A stretch of DNA of 43,780 nucleotides from a bacterium (GTDB taxonomy: Bacteria > Patescibacteriota > Minisyncoccia > Phycocordibacterales > UBA918). The notes under the pieces are model-generated. The model was given only the letters and a program-made list of their open reading frames with translations, made no database searches and was not told the origin of the DNA. The stretch lies in contig JAYQPD010000005.1 of NCBI GenBank assembly GCA_038145135.1, positions 1-43,780 on the forward strand, given 5' to 3'. Of the stretch, positions 1 to 9,611 are shown piece after piece. How positions within the stretch are numbered: position 1 is the first letter of the stretch; each line of letters opens with the position of its first letter. The position numbers and the translations under genes are program-made.

Positions 1-2
1 CA

Positions 3-1085
3 GACGTTGGGGTCAAAGATCTTTCATACCGATTCTCTTTCTATGATGAGCGCGGTTCGCTTATCACAACCATCGACGGTCATACTACGCTTCCACCAAA
101 CGATGTGTACGCGCTCTTCGAGGATCGTATCGATCTTCGCGGAGCAGTACCGAAGCGTGTGGAGCTCACCATGGATCCAAACCCTGTGTGGGAGAAGATG
201 TCAAATGTCCGAAAACAGTTTTCAATCACTGGCACACTCTTAAAAAGTGCTGATTTTGAGCCACGACTTAATGCTTCCATTACCAACCAGACACTCGACA
301 GTGTAGAGAATGTTGAAGCGATTGCTACGATCTTTGATGCAAAAAATCATCCACTCACCGCATCCCGGACATTTGTGCCGCGCATTGACGGGAAGGGGAC
401 CGAGCGACTTTCATTTACTTGGCCAGAGCCTATCGCCAAAACACTAAGGAGCTGTGAGGTGCCGACAGATGTCATGCTCGCGATCGACCTCTCGGGGAGT
501 ATCAACGATGATGGCGGGACACCACCAGAGCCGCTTGCGACGGTGTTGAAGGCGGCGCAGTCTTTTGCCGGTCGTCTCCGAAGCCAAGACCAGGTCGGTG
601 TGGCAACATTTGCGACAGAGAGTAAGGTCGTGCAAGGACTTACTACAGACACTAAGAAGGTATCAGATCTTATCGGAACACTAAGAGTAGAGCCAAAAGA
701 GGAGCGTGGCTCAACGAATACTGGTGATGGCATTAAGGATGGGGTGATCGAACTCTTCTCGGAACGACATAATCCCGATGCACGTAAGGTACTCGTGGTA
801 CTTACCGATGGCATTGCAAATGCACCTGAAGAAGATACTGCAGAAGAATACGCACTTGCCCTCGCAAATGAGTCAAAAAAATACGGTATCACCATATTCT
901 CTATAGGTCTTGGTAAGAATGTGAATGCCGAGTTTGTTCGTTCGCTTGCATCAGATCCTGGCTACGGGTATCTTGCAGTAGACCGATCAACACTCGACGG
1001 GATATATCGTGCTATTTCGACCGCTATCTGTGAGGATGGCGCAGCCGTGATCGATATCATTCCCAAGATCGATGTGAGTCGGTAA
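3..1085 (+). CDS. von Willebrand factor A (VWA) domain protein, 5'-truncated by window edge
   Basis: Frame is open from base 3 (DVGVKDLSYRF...). MIDAS motif DLSGS, STNTGDGI, VLVVLTDG and IFSIGLG are typical VWA segments. Confidence 0.85.
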   Translation, partial: DVGVKDLSYRFSFYDERGSLITTIDGHTTLPPNDVYALFEDRIDLRGAVPKRVELTMDPNPVWEKMSNVRKQFSITGTLLKSADFEPRLNASITNQTLDSVENVEAIATIFDAKNHPLTASRTFVPRIDGKGTERLSFTWPEPIAKTLRSCEVPTDVMLAIDLSGSINDDGGTPPEPLATVLKAAQSFAGRLRSQDQVGVATFATESKVVQGLTTDTKKVSDLIGTLRVEPKEERGSTNTGDGIKDGVIELFSERHNPDARKVLVVLTDGIANAPEEDTAEEYALALANESKKYGITIFSIGLGKNVNAEFVRSLASDPGYGYLAVDRSTLDGIYRAISTAICEDGAAVIDIIPKIDVSR

Positions 1086-1088
1086 CTC

Positions 1089-2213
1089 ATGCGCGGATTC
1101 TTCAGTCTCTTTACCGGTTTCGATCTACCACTGTTTCTCGGGGCGGTGGCACTTTCGCTCTGTGGGCTTGCTACCATGTACTCGTTCGTAGGCGAGGAGT
1201 CGCTCTTCTCAAAACAGATCGTATGGATCGGTGCGTCGGTCGTTGCACTGCTTATTGCGGTTGTTCCCGATTATCGGCTTCTGCGTACCGGGAATACGGT
1301 CATCACGGTATACGGTGTCATGCTCCTCCTGCTTGGACTCATCTTGGTCATCGGCGAGATAACGCTCGGTGCGCAAAGTCGTTTCGACCTCGGGTTCTTC
1401 TCGATCCAGCCATCGGATCCGGCGAAAGTGGTGTTGATCATGACACTGGCCAAGTATTTTTCAAAGCGACACGTAGAGATCGGCGATCTGCGGCATATCA
1501 TTGTTTCAGGCATTTATGCGTTTCTCATATTTGCACTGGTGTTCGTACAGCCGGATTTTGGTTCGGGCATCATCATTGCATCGATCTGGTTCGGGATGGT
1601 CTTGGTTGCCGGGATCCGCTGGCAACACCTTCTTCTGGTCGGCATGTTGGGCACCGTCGCTTTCTCCGGCCTGTGGCTCTTCGGGTTTCAAGACTATCAA
1701 AAGGAGCGTATCATGACCTTCCTTCACCCGCTCGCTGATATCCAGGGCGCTGGATACAACGCGTATCAGTCGACCATCGCGGTTGGCTCGGGGCAGTTTT
1801 TGGGGAAGGGGATCGGGTATGGTACTCAATCAAAACTTCAATTTCTCCCTGAGTACGAGACCGACTTCATTTTTGCTGCGTTCGCAGAGGAGTGGGGATT
1901 TGTTGGTGTGGTCTTTCTTTTCATACTGTATGGTGTGGTGATTTGGAGAATACTTCGGATCTCACTTCGAGCTCCATCAAACTTCGAACGACTTTTTGGC
2001 GCTGGGGTGGCCATTTTATTCTCTAGTCACTTTTTGGTGCATATCGGTATGAATATCGGCCTTTTGCCAGTCACCGGAACCACCGTACCGTTTCTTTCAT
2101 ATGGAGGCTCGCACCTCATTACTGAGTTCATTGCACTCGGTATGCTCATGGGTATGAATAAAGCTCCGATCGTTAAGGACTACAAAACGAGCGAACTGGT
2201 GGGGGCTGCGTAA
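1089..2213 (+). CDS. rodA: SEDS-family peptidoglycan glycosyltransferase RodA/FtsW
   Basis: Polytopic membrane protein with GAQSRFDLG..IQPS, QPDFGS, FLPEYETDFIFAAFAEEWG and LPVTGTTVPFLSYGGS motifs. Confidence 0.9.
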   Translation: MRGFFSLFTGFDLPLFLGAVALSLCGLATMYSFVGEESLFSKQIVWIGASVVALLIAVVPDYRLLRTGNTVITVYGVMLLLLGLILVIGEITLGAQSRFDLGFFSIQPSDPAKVVLIMTLAKYFSKRHVEIGDLRHIIVSGIYAFLIFALVFVQPDFGSGIIIASIWFGMVLVAGIRWQHLLLVGMLGTVAFSGLWLFGFQDYQKERIMTFLHPLADIQGAGYNAYQSTIAVGSGQFLGKGIGYGTQSKLQFLPEYETDFIFAAFAEEWGFVGVVFLFILYGVVIWRILRISLRAPSNFERLFGAGVAILFSSHFLVHIGMNIGLLPVTGTTVPFLSYGGSHLITEFIALGMLMGMNKAPIVKDYKTSELVGAA

Positions 2214-2271
2214 ACTGGTTACTGCAACACGCTGTATCGACAATCCTCGCAGTGTGAGCTGTTGAGGTCTC

Positions 2272-3261
2272 CTAGTAGAGCGCGATGGTCTTTTTGATCA
2301 TGTGTGAGAGCTCAAACTCATCGAGTGGAAGGTCGAGTGCTTCACGCACACCACCAACAGGGTTAGCGGTGATAGGGAGACCTGCGACCCGTGCTTCAAG
2401 AAGTACGTACGGCAGCCCTTCTTTGAGGGAAGGGAGTGCAAAAGTATCAAAGCCTTTGAGTACTTGGCGTGCAGGAAGGTAGCCAAACAGTTTGACGCGA
2501 CCCTCGAGCCCGTACGACTGTATCTTCTCCGTCAGAAATGCACGTAACTCACCTTCGCCCACGATCGCGACATACATACCCTCATCGGCACGTGCTGCTT
2601 CGATAAGCATGACCTGATTTTTATTACGAGTGAGTTCACCAATGGTTCCCGTAATACGGACACCCTGAGGGAATGCGCTCCGGATCATATCGCCAGTATC
2701 CAGTTGCATGGAGAGATCGATGCCATTATGGATGACGACAGCGTCACCGCGTCTATCGTATGCACATACCACGATGGTGGTGTGAGCTAGTGCCATCCCG
2801 ACCGATTCTAGAAATGAAATGATACGACGCTGCCACCACGGACGTGGTTCATTCGAGGCCCACCCATGTACCGTGGAAATGATCCGCGGTACTCGCGCGA
2901 TGCGTGCAGCAAGCGCGCCGATCGTTACGGCCTTTGCGCTATTGAGGTGGACAACTGCTGGGCGTTCTCGCTTGAAGAGTGTGAGGAGCTCACGAAATGT
3001 GGTGAGGTCGCGCCAGAGAGATACATTTCGGAGGAATGAAGAAACGACCACAGTGCGAATGCCTATTGCTTCAAGCTTCTCTCGCAACACGCCAGGTGCT
3101 GTGCCGCGCTCCCCGGTACCGCCGAGTGCAACCACGACCTCAAACTGGTCTTTGGGGAGTCCGTTCGCGAGGTCAAAGACATACCGCTGTGCGCCACCAA
3201 AATTCGATTTGGTGATAACGTAGAGCACCTTTGTCTTTGGGTTAGTTATCGGTGTTTCCAT
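2272..3261 (-). CDS. Glycosyltransferase family 4 (GT-B)
   Basis: KVLYVITKSNFGGAQRY and PSLKEGLPYVLLEA (EX7E). Start moved to ATG 3261 because the longer ORF overlaps the divergent gene. Confidence 0.88.
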   Translation of the reverse strand: METPITNPKTKVLYVITKSNFGGAQRYVFDLANGLPKDQFEVVVALGGTGERGTAPGVLREKLEAIGIRTVVVSSFLRNVSLWRDLTTFRELLTLFKRERPAVVHLNSAKAVTIGALAARIARVPRIISTVHGWASNEPRPWWQRRIISFLESVGMALAHTTIVVCAYDRRGDAVVIHNGIDLSMQLDTGDMIRSAFPQGVRITGTIGELTRNKNQVMLIEAARADEGMYVAIVGEGELRAFLTEKIQSYGLEGRVKLFGYLPARQVLKGFDTFALPSLKEGLPYVLLEARVAGLPITANPVGGVREALDLPLDEFELSHMIKKTIALY

Positions 3262-3360
3262 AGGGTAATTGCAGTAGTTATAACACATGATGTCAATAAA
3301 ACGACACGCTTGCCGTACGTACGTAAGTGCGTATGATAGTGATATATCGCCATATAATTC

Positions 3361-4707
3361 ATGATAGGGATCAACGGAGCGCTGTTGTTCTTTGGTGATG
3401 TCGCAGTATTCATTGCGGCGCTCTTTTTGGCACTCATGGTCCGTTACCGGGCGTGGCCGAGTGACGCAGTATTGTACGAACACCTTGAGTCGTTCATGGG
3501 GGTGTTCATAGTATGGGGTATCGTATTTCTGATTGCTGGGCTCTATGATGCGCGGGTCAACCTCTCTAGAAAACGCATTCCTGTTTTGATCATCCAAGCA
3601 CAGTTCGTTAACCTTGCGCTTGCGACCGCGGTATTCTTCGTATTTCCCGTCGGCATCACTCCAAAGGTGACGTTAGTACTCTACGGGATCATCTCCACGG
3701 CCCTCATCGCATTCTGGAGACTCTTTATTTTCCCGTACCTTGCTTCAAAGCGTGCACTCCACGCACTCATTGTGGGAGGAGGGGAAGAGGCAGATGCGCT
3801 CCTGCGTATTTTGAATACGGGTGAATTCTTCACGTTCATAAGTGCACAAAAGATAGATCCGGAAGCATATGCCGATCAGGGTACGTTCGCCACGGCACTT
3901 CATGAGCGTGTAGCAAAGGGTGACGTGTCGCTCGTTATTGGGGACACATTGAGTAGCAAGGCAGGGAAACTCGTTGCCTCGTTCTTTGACATTGCTTTCT
4001 TAAACAGACATGCCATGTTCCTCTCGCTCCATCAAGTGTTTGAACAGATCTTTCATCGTATTCCTCCTTCAATGGTTCATGATTCATGGCTACTCGAAAA
4101 TGTTTCCATGCAGCCACATGCGCTCTATGATGTTGCAAAGCGCATCTTTGATATTGGTGGCGCACTTATTCTCGGCATATGTACATTACCGCTCTATCCG
4201 CTCATTATGCTTGCTATATATCTCGATGATCACGGCCCATTCTTCTACCGTACTGAACGCGTAGGTAAATACAACCACACCATTCATCTGATAAAATTTC
4301 GCACCAAAAATGGGCAAGACGTGGGTCAGCAAGCACTTCAGAGCACGTTGGTCGTGACGCGGGTCGGTGGATTTCTGAGGAAGACCAGACTCGACGAACT
4401 GCCTCAGGTTTGGAATATTTTAAAGGGAGATCTTTCATTTATCGGCCCGCGTCCAGAGATGCCAGCACTCGTCTCTGTCTATGAGGGCAAGATCCCGTAC
4501 TATGGCATGCGGCATATGATCACCCCAGGCCTTTCTGGTTGGGCGCAGATCAATGACTTTGATGTTCCGCGAAGCGGCATCGATGTAGAGCGCACCGTTC
4601 AAAAGCTCTCCTTCGACCTCTACTACCTCAAGCACCGGTCGTTCATCCTCGATCTCGAGATCGCCCTTAAAACGATCCGCGCACTCTTATTACGCAGTGG
4701 GACGTGA
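3361..4707 (+). CDS. Polyprenyl-phosphate sugar phosphotransferase (WcaJ/WbaP-like priming glycosyltransferase)
   Basis: N-terminal TM helices, then AKRIFDI, KFRT, FLRKTRLDELPQVWNILKGDLSFIGPRPE, PGLSGWAQI and DLYYLKH. Confidence 0.92.
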   Translation: MIGINGALLFFGDVAVFIAALFLALMVRYRAWPSDAVLYEHLESFMGVFIVWGIVFLIAGLYDARVNLSRKRIPVLIIQAQFVNLALATAVFFVFPVGITPKVTLVLYGIISTALIAFWRLFIFPYLASKRALHALIVGGGEEADALLRILNTGEFFTFISAQKIDPEAYADQGTFATALHERVAKGDVSLVIGDTLSSKAGKLVASFFDIAFLNRHAMFLSLHQVFEQIFHRIPPSMVHDSWLLENVSMQPHALYDVAKRIFDIGGALILGICTLPLYPLIMLAIYLDDHGPFFYRTERVGKYNHTIHLIKFRTKNGQDVGQQALQSTLVVTRVGGFLRKTRLDELPQVWNILKGDLSFIGPRPEMPALVSVYEGKIPYYGMRHMITPGLSGWAQINDFDVPRSGIDVERTVQKLSFDLYYLKHRSFILDLEIALKTIRALLLRSGT

Positions 4708-4740
4708 TATAACTTCAGTACAATTTTATTACCTCGATCT

Positions 4741-5661
4741 ATGTCATTAGAGTCAGTTCACGATAAAAAGTGTGTGGTGACCGGCGCCGCCGGATTCGTC
4801 GGCTCACACCTTGTTGATGCATTAGTGAAGGAGGGGGCACATGTTGTGGCTCTCGATGTGCCGCTCGCGGCGCAGTGGAGTGTCATACCGCACACTGTTG
4901 AAAAAATCGAGTGTGACATCCGAGATCGGACCATAGTGAACGAGGCGGTAGCGGGTGCTGATGCACTCTTTCACCTCGCTGCCAGGGTGAGCGTGCCTGG
5001 ATCGATCGAAGACCCGGTTTTGTACCATGAAACCAATGTTGATGGCACACTTGCCTTGCTTGAGGCGATACGCACCACTGCACCGCGCGCCCGAATGGTG
5101 CTCGCTTCTTCGGCGGCGGTCTATGGTGATCAGCCAGCGCGCGCAGTTGAAACCATGTCCGCAAGGCCGCAGAGTCCCTACGCACTCCATAAATATTTTA
5201 ACGAGCGTATGGCGCAACTCTGGAGTTCGCTCTATGCTATTGAAACCGTGTCGATCAGACCTTTCAATATCTACGGTCCACGTATGAATCCTGAGGGTCC
5301 GTATGCCGGAGTCATCGGTAGGTTCCTCAAGATGAAACAGGAAGGGAAACCACTTCAAATAACTGGTGATGGTACCCAGACTCGCGATTTTGTACATGTT
5401 GAAGATGTTGTTTCTGCATACCTTAAAGCAGTAACCTCACCGATGGTAGGGAAGGGTGAGGTGATCAACATCGCGTCTGGCAAAAGTGTGACCGTGAATG
5501 ATCTTGCAGGCATGATCGGCGGTGCCGTTGAGTACGTATCCGCACGCGTGGAGATCCATACCTCTGAGGCAAGTATTGAACGCGCTCGTGAACTACTCTC
5601 GTGGGAGCCAGCTGTCGCGCTCGGAGATGGTATTAGCGAGCTCACCGCACGGGGTATCTAG
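4741..5661 (+). CDS. NAD-dependent nucleotide-sugar epimerase/dehydratase (extended SDR)
   Basis: TGAAGFVGSHL, SSAAVYG, SPYALHK (YxxxK), FNIYGP and TRDFVHVED. Confidence 0.9.
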   Translation: MSLESVHDKKCVVTGAAGFVGSHLVDALVKEGAHVVALDVPLAAQWSVIPHTVEKIECDIRDRTIVNEAVAGADALFHLAARVSVPGSIEDPVLYHETNVDGTLALLEAIRTTAPRARMVLASSAAVYGDQPARAVETMSARPQSPYALHKYFNERMAQLWSSLYAIETVSIRPFNIYGPRMNPEGPYAGVIGRFLKMKQEGKPLQITGDGTQTRDFVHVEDVVSAYLKAVTSPMVGKGEVINIASGKSVTVNDLAGMIGGAVEYVSARVEIHTSEASIERARELLSWEPAVALGDGISELTARGI

Positions 5662-5663
5662 CC

Positions 5664-6491
5664 ATGGTGGTCTCTGGTACACAGCTCGCCGAAGAACTTT
5701 CGTCACAGCTTACTGAGCGCGTGCGCGCGCTTTCACATACTCCGTCGCTCGCAATCCTCTCTATCGCACCTGACTTTGCAACCCTGAAATACCTCGACAT
5801 AAAAAAGAAGCGCGGAGATGCGATCGGTATCTCGCTTGAGGTAGTCTCGCTTGAGAGTTCTGTTGAGACTGAAGAGGTGCTTGCGAAAATGGAAACCCTC
5901 CTGCACACACATGATGGGGTTGTGTTGCAACTCCCATTTCCACCACACATCGATACCAAACGAGTGCTCGATGCGCTGCCACGCCATAAGGATCCAGATT
6001 GTATTGGACGTGAAGCAGGTGAGCTACCATATTCTGACATGGCGGTGCTGCCACCAGTGGTCGCGGCGATCGTGCATATCGCACATACGCATAGGGTCTC
6101 TTTCGAAGGTAGTCAGATCGTACTTCTCGGCCGAGGTCGCCTTGTGGGTGCGCCCATGGAACGCTATCTCACCGAACATCACATCACCCCTACCGTGATC
6201 ACGCAGTCTGACCAGAATGGCACTACAGCGATCAAGGATGCAGATATCATCATAAGTGGGGCGGGCGTCCCAGGACTCATCACGCCTGATCAGATCAAAG
6301 AAGGGGTGGTCATTTTTGACGCAGGCACCTCAGAAGAGGGGGGTAAACTCCGAGGCGATGCGGACCCATCATGTGCCCAAAAGGCAGGACTGCTAACCCC
6401 GGTTCCAGGCGGGATCGGTCCTCTTGCGGTCGTGAAGCTCTTTGAGAACCTCATAGTGCTTGCGGATAGGGGGGAGAGCGGAGAGTTTTAG
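5664..6491 (+). CDS. folD: Bifunctional methylenetetrahydrofolate dehydrogenase/cyclohydrolase
   Basis: YLDIK, GVVLQLPFP, KDPD, GRGRLVGAP and TPVPGGIGPLAV. Confidence 0.92.
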   Translation: MVVSGTQLAEELSSQLTERVRALSHTPSLAILSIAPDFATLKYLDIKKKRGDAIGISLEVVSLESSVETEEVLAKMETLLHTHDGVVLQLPFPPHIDTKRVLDALPRHKDPDCIGREAGELPYSDMAVLPPVVAAIVHIAHTHRVSFEGSQIVLLGRGRLVGAPMERYLTEHHITPTVITQSDQNGTTAIKDADIIISGAGVPGLITPDQIKEGVVIFDAGTSEEGGKLRGDADPSCAQKAGLLTPVPGGIGPLAVVKLFENLIVLADRGESGEF

Positions 6492-6512
6492 AATGTGATA
6501 TAACATGCGGGT

Positions 6513-7937
6513 ATGAATGATACTGTATCTGCTTCTTCGCGCCGTGCGGTGACGGCATTTCGTGCGATCGCAGTCCTCATTGTGGGTGTGGCGATCGGTT
6601 ATTTTGTCTACTCATCCACCGTGGATTCGTCATCGCGGTTTCCTTTTAAATACGGCCTTGATCTCGCAGGGGGTAGTCATCTCGTCTACACTGCCGATCT
6701 CTCCCACATCACGCCGGGAGAAGAAGACGATGCGATGTCGTCACTCCGCGATGTAGTCGAGCGTCGTATCAACGTATTTGGTGTTTCTGAGCCGATCGTA
6801 CAAGTTGAAAAATCGTCTGCGGTGTCGGGTGAATCCGAACGCCGTCTCGTCGTTGAGCTTCCCGGTATCACTGATGTTGCCACAGCTGTTGAAGAGCTTG
6901 GTAAGACGCCACTCCTCGAGTTCAAACTTGTGAATACTGAAGCGCGTGCGGCAAAGGCGTCTCTCGAGGATTTACAAGAGAATGCGTCAACGAGCGGTGC
7001 CGGCATCTCGAATGTCACCGTAAATGGACAAGAGGTCGGTGATGAGTATATCGATACCGGCCTCACCGGACGGTACTTGAAGCGTGCACAGCTCGTATTT
7101 GGCAACAACAACAGCGCACAGGCAGGACTCTCTGAACCGATCGTGCAGGTCACCTTCAACGCTGAAGGAGCAGATCTCTTTGCAAAACTCACTAAAGAAC
7201 ACGTCGGTGAACAACTCGCGATCTTCCTCGATGGCGTATCGCTTTCTGAACCGGTCATTCGTGAGCCGATCACCGGTGGCACTGCAACTATCTCGGGAAA
7301 CTTCACTGCTGAAGAAGCCCGCGAGCTGGTCAGGAACCTCAACTTTGGCGCACTCCCCGTACCGATCGAGCTCTCGAGCACTCAAGCCATTGGTGCAGCA
7401 CTCGGAGGTGAGGCGCTCAATGCCGGCGTGTACGCTGGTGTCATTGGCTTCCTTATCCTCTCACTCTTCATGGTTCTCTGGTACCGCCTACCGGGCTTTG
7501 TAGCGGTGGTGGCACTTCTCCTCTATGTTGCGATGATGCTTGCACTCTTCAAGCTGATTCCGGTCGTACTCACGGCAGCGGGTATTGCAGGATTCATCCT
7601 CTCGGTCGGTCTGGCAGTTGATGCCAATATCTTGATCGCGGAGCGCATCAAAGAAGAGCTTCGTGACGGAAAGGGGACAGAAGAAGCAATCCGTGGCGGT
7701 TTTGCCCGCGCTTGGCTCGCAATTCGTGATTCAAACATCACCCACGTGATTGCCGGCATCATCCTCTTCTGGTTTGGCACAGCGCTCATCAAAGGTTTTG
7801 CATTGGTGTTTTCACTCGGTGTTGTTGTTTCAATGTTATCTGCAATAACAATCTCGCGAACACTCCTTCTCGCAATTCCGGTTGATGCAAAGCGACCACT
7901 CGGCAAATTCCTTATGGGTTCAGGTATCAAACACTAA
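6513..7937 (+). CDS. secD: Protein translocase subunit SecD
   Basis: GLDLAGG, RRINVFGVSEP, VELPG, LNFGALP, GLAVDANILIAERIKEE and IRDSNIT. Confidence 0.96.
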   Translation: MNDTVSASSRRAVTAFRAIAVLIVGVAIGYFVYSSTVDSSSRFPFKYGLDLAGGSHLVYTADLSHITPGEEDDAMSSLRDVVERRINVFGVSEPIVQVEKSSAVSGESERRLVVELPGITDVATAVEELGKTPLLEFKLVNTEARAAKASLEDLQENASTSGAGISNVTVNGQEVGDEYIDTGLTGRYLKRAQLVFGNNNSAQAGLSEPIVQVTFNAEGADLFAKLTKEHVGEQLAIFLDGVSLSEPVIREPITGGTATISGNFTAEEARELVRNLNFGALPVPIELSSTQAIGAALGGEALNAGVYAGVIGFLILSLFMVLWYRLPGFVAVVALLLYVAMMLALFKLIPVVLTAAGIAGFILSVGLAVDANILIAERIKEELRDGKGTEEAIRGGFARAWLAIRDSNITHVIAGIILFWFGTALIKGFALVFSLGVVVSMLSAITISRTLLLAIPVDAKRPLGKFLMGSGIKH

Positions 7938-7939
7938 GT

Positions 7940-8848
7940 ATGTTTTTCTTACGCTACCAAAAGCAGTTCTTCATTCTTCCGCTTGCGCTGGTCGTCATCT
8001 CGATTGCTGTGATCTTGAAGTGGGGGTTTGTTCCGGGCATTGATCTTGTGGGTGGTTCACTCCTTGAAGTTCATTATCCTGATACTCGCCCTGATGTCGC
8101 AGAGATCAGGGGTGCAGTCGAATCACTCGACTACGGATCAGTGCGTGTACAGCCTTCTGGCGACCAGAATGCCATCCTCCGTCAACGTGACCTCACTCCT
8201 GCGGAAAAAGATACACTCCTTAGCTCGATATCTTTTGACCAGCAGATCGAAGAGGTGCAGTTCAACTCAGTCGGTCCATCGATCGGCGCTGAGCTTCTCG
8301 CGAAGGCATGGTGGGCTATCGCACTCGTGACACTCTCCATCATTCTCTTTGTTGCCTTTGCGTTTCGTCACGTATCAAAGCCGGTTTCCTCATGGAAGTA
8401 TGGTGTGGTGGCGATCGTCACTTTGATGCACGACATCATTGTGCCAACAGGCCTCTTTGCCTACCTTGGGTACGTACGTGGCGCTGAGGTGGATGCGCTC
8501 TTCATTGTGGCACTTCTCACTATTCTCGGTATCTCTGTTAACGACACGATCGTGGTGTTCGACCGTATCCGTGAGAACCTTCGCTTCAACGAGGAGAAGA
8601 AGCGCAGCGAACCATTCAATGAAGTGGTTGCGCGCTCAGCTATGCAAACTATGGCGCGTTCGATCAACACCTCGGTGACCGTTATTATCGTACTCCTCGC
8701 ACTCTTCGCATATGGCCCCGCTGCCACCAAAGATTTCGCGCTCACGCTCATCGTAGGTATGGTCGCTGGTACGTACTCGTCGATATTCTTGGCGTCGCCA
8801 CTTTTGGTACAGATAGCACGCTGGCAAGGAGACTCTAAAAAGAAATAG
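7940..8848 (+). CDS. secF: Protein translocase subunit SecF
   Basis: GIDLVGG, VGPSIGAEL, HD, SVNDTIVVFDRIREN and GTYSSIFLASP. Adjacent to secD. Confidence 0.96.
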   Translation: MFFLRYQKQFFILPLALVVISIAVILKWGFVPGIDLVGGSLLEVHYPDTRPDVAEIRGAVESLDYGSVRVQPSGDQNAILRQRDLTPAEKDTLLSSISFDQQIEEVQFNSVGPSIGAELLAKAWWAIALVTLSIILFVAFAFRHVSKPVSSWKYGVVAIVTLMHDIIVPTGLFAYLGYVRGAEVDALFIVALLTILGISVNDTIVVFDRIRENLRFNEEKKRSEPFNEVVARSAMQTMARSINTSVTVIIVLLALFAYGPAATKDFALTLIVGMVAGTYSSIFLASPLLVQIARWQGDSKKK

Positions 8849-8852
8849 TGCA

Positions 8853-9069
8853 ATGATCATCGGTATCGCAGGTACACTTGGGGCCGGAAAAGGTGAGAAC
8901 GTGTGGGACACGTTCGCAAGACCTTGCCAGCCATCTTTGAGCTTGCGAAAAGATGGTGACAAGGTGTACTGCGCCGGTACGGCGCCCGTGCCGCCATCGT
9001 TCCTCGGCATCGTAACTATACCCTCGCTATGATCATCGGTATCGCAGGTACATTAGGGGCCGGAAAAGG
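8853..9069 (+). repeat. 41-bp direct repeat (8853-8893 / 9029-9069) duplicating the first 14 codons of the downstream kinase gene
   Basis: atgatcatcggtatcgcaggtaca(ctt/tta)ggggccggaaaagg. The only differences fall in one synonymous Leu codon. Confidence 0.95.
8894..9028. mobile_element. Small structured insertion (putative non-autonomous element), copy 1
   Basis: Lies between direct repeats. Hairpins: gaacgtgt-ggg-acacgttc, accttg..ccatcttt/aaagatgg..caaggt (8921-8965) and gcgccg-GTA-cggcgc. Same architecture as 22294-22379. Confidence 0.6.
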
Positions 9070-9592
9070 CACGGTCGTCGAATACCTAAAGACCCAAGGA
9101 TTCGCACACTACTCAAGCTCAAGCACCCTCAAAGACCTGTTGACCGAACGAGCGCTTCCACCAAACAGGGCAAATCTCTCAGAACTTGCCAATGAGCTAT
9201 CGCTTCAATATCCCGGGGGCATCCTTGGCTTGAACCATAAACGAGCACAAGAAGACGGATACGCCGACTATGTACTTGAGTCGCTCCATCGTTTGCACGA
9301 GGCAGAATACGTTCGAAGCATCAAAGGTGTCATCCTCGGTGTCGATGCTGACGTAAAGCTCCGCTACGAACGTGTCATACAACGAAAGGAGGGTGAAAAA
9401 GATAATGTGACATACGAACAGTTCCTCTCTGATGTCGAGCGTGAAGAAGAGGGGAGTCAGGGAGGTGATGGGCCAAACATTCGCGCAATACTCAAGGTGG
9501 CCGATGAGATCATCGAGAACAATGGCTCACTCGCTGAGCTTCACAAAAAGATCGATACGTTCTTGATGCGCGAGCGCGCACGAGTTGCATAA
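9029..9592 (+). CDS. P-loop nucleotide kinase (dephospho-CoA/NMP kinase-like)
   Basis: N-terminal Walker A GTLGAGKGT, RYERVIQR lid and ADEIIENNGSL C-terminus. Confidence 0.8.
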   Translation: MIIGIAGTLGAGKGTVVEYLKTQGFAHYSSSSTLKDLLTERALPPNRANLSELANELSLQYPGGILGLNHKRAQEDGYADYVLESLHRLHEAEYVRSIKGVILGVDADVKLRYERVIQRKEGEKDNVTYEQFLSDVEREEEGSQGGDGPNIRAILKVADEIIENNGSLAELHKKIDTFLMRERARVA

Positions 9593-9611
9593 CGTGATGT
9601 GAGGCACTGTA

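Noticed and set aside
3262-3597. 111-aa N-terminal extension of the GT4 ORF overlapping the sugar transferase
   Set aside because: It is antisense to a conserved gene, and GT4 homology begins after ATG 3261.
6686-7930. Long antisense ORFs over secD (similarly over murC, murD, rsmI and VWA)
   Set aside because: Typical antisense shadows of coding sequence, with no motifs or expression signals.
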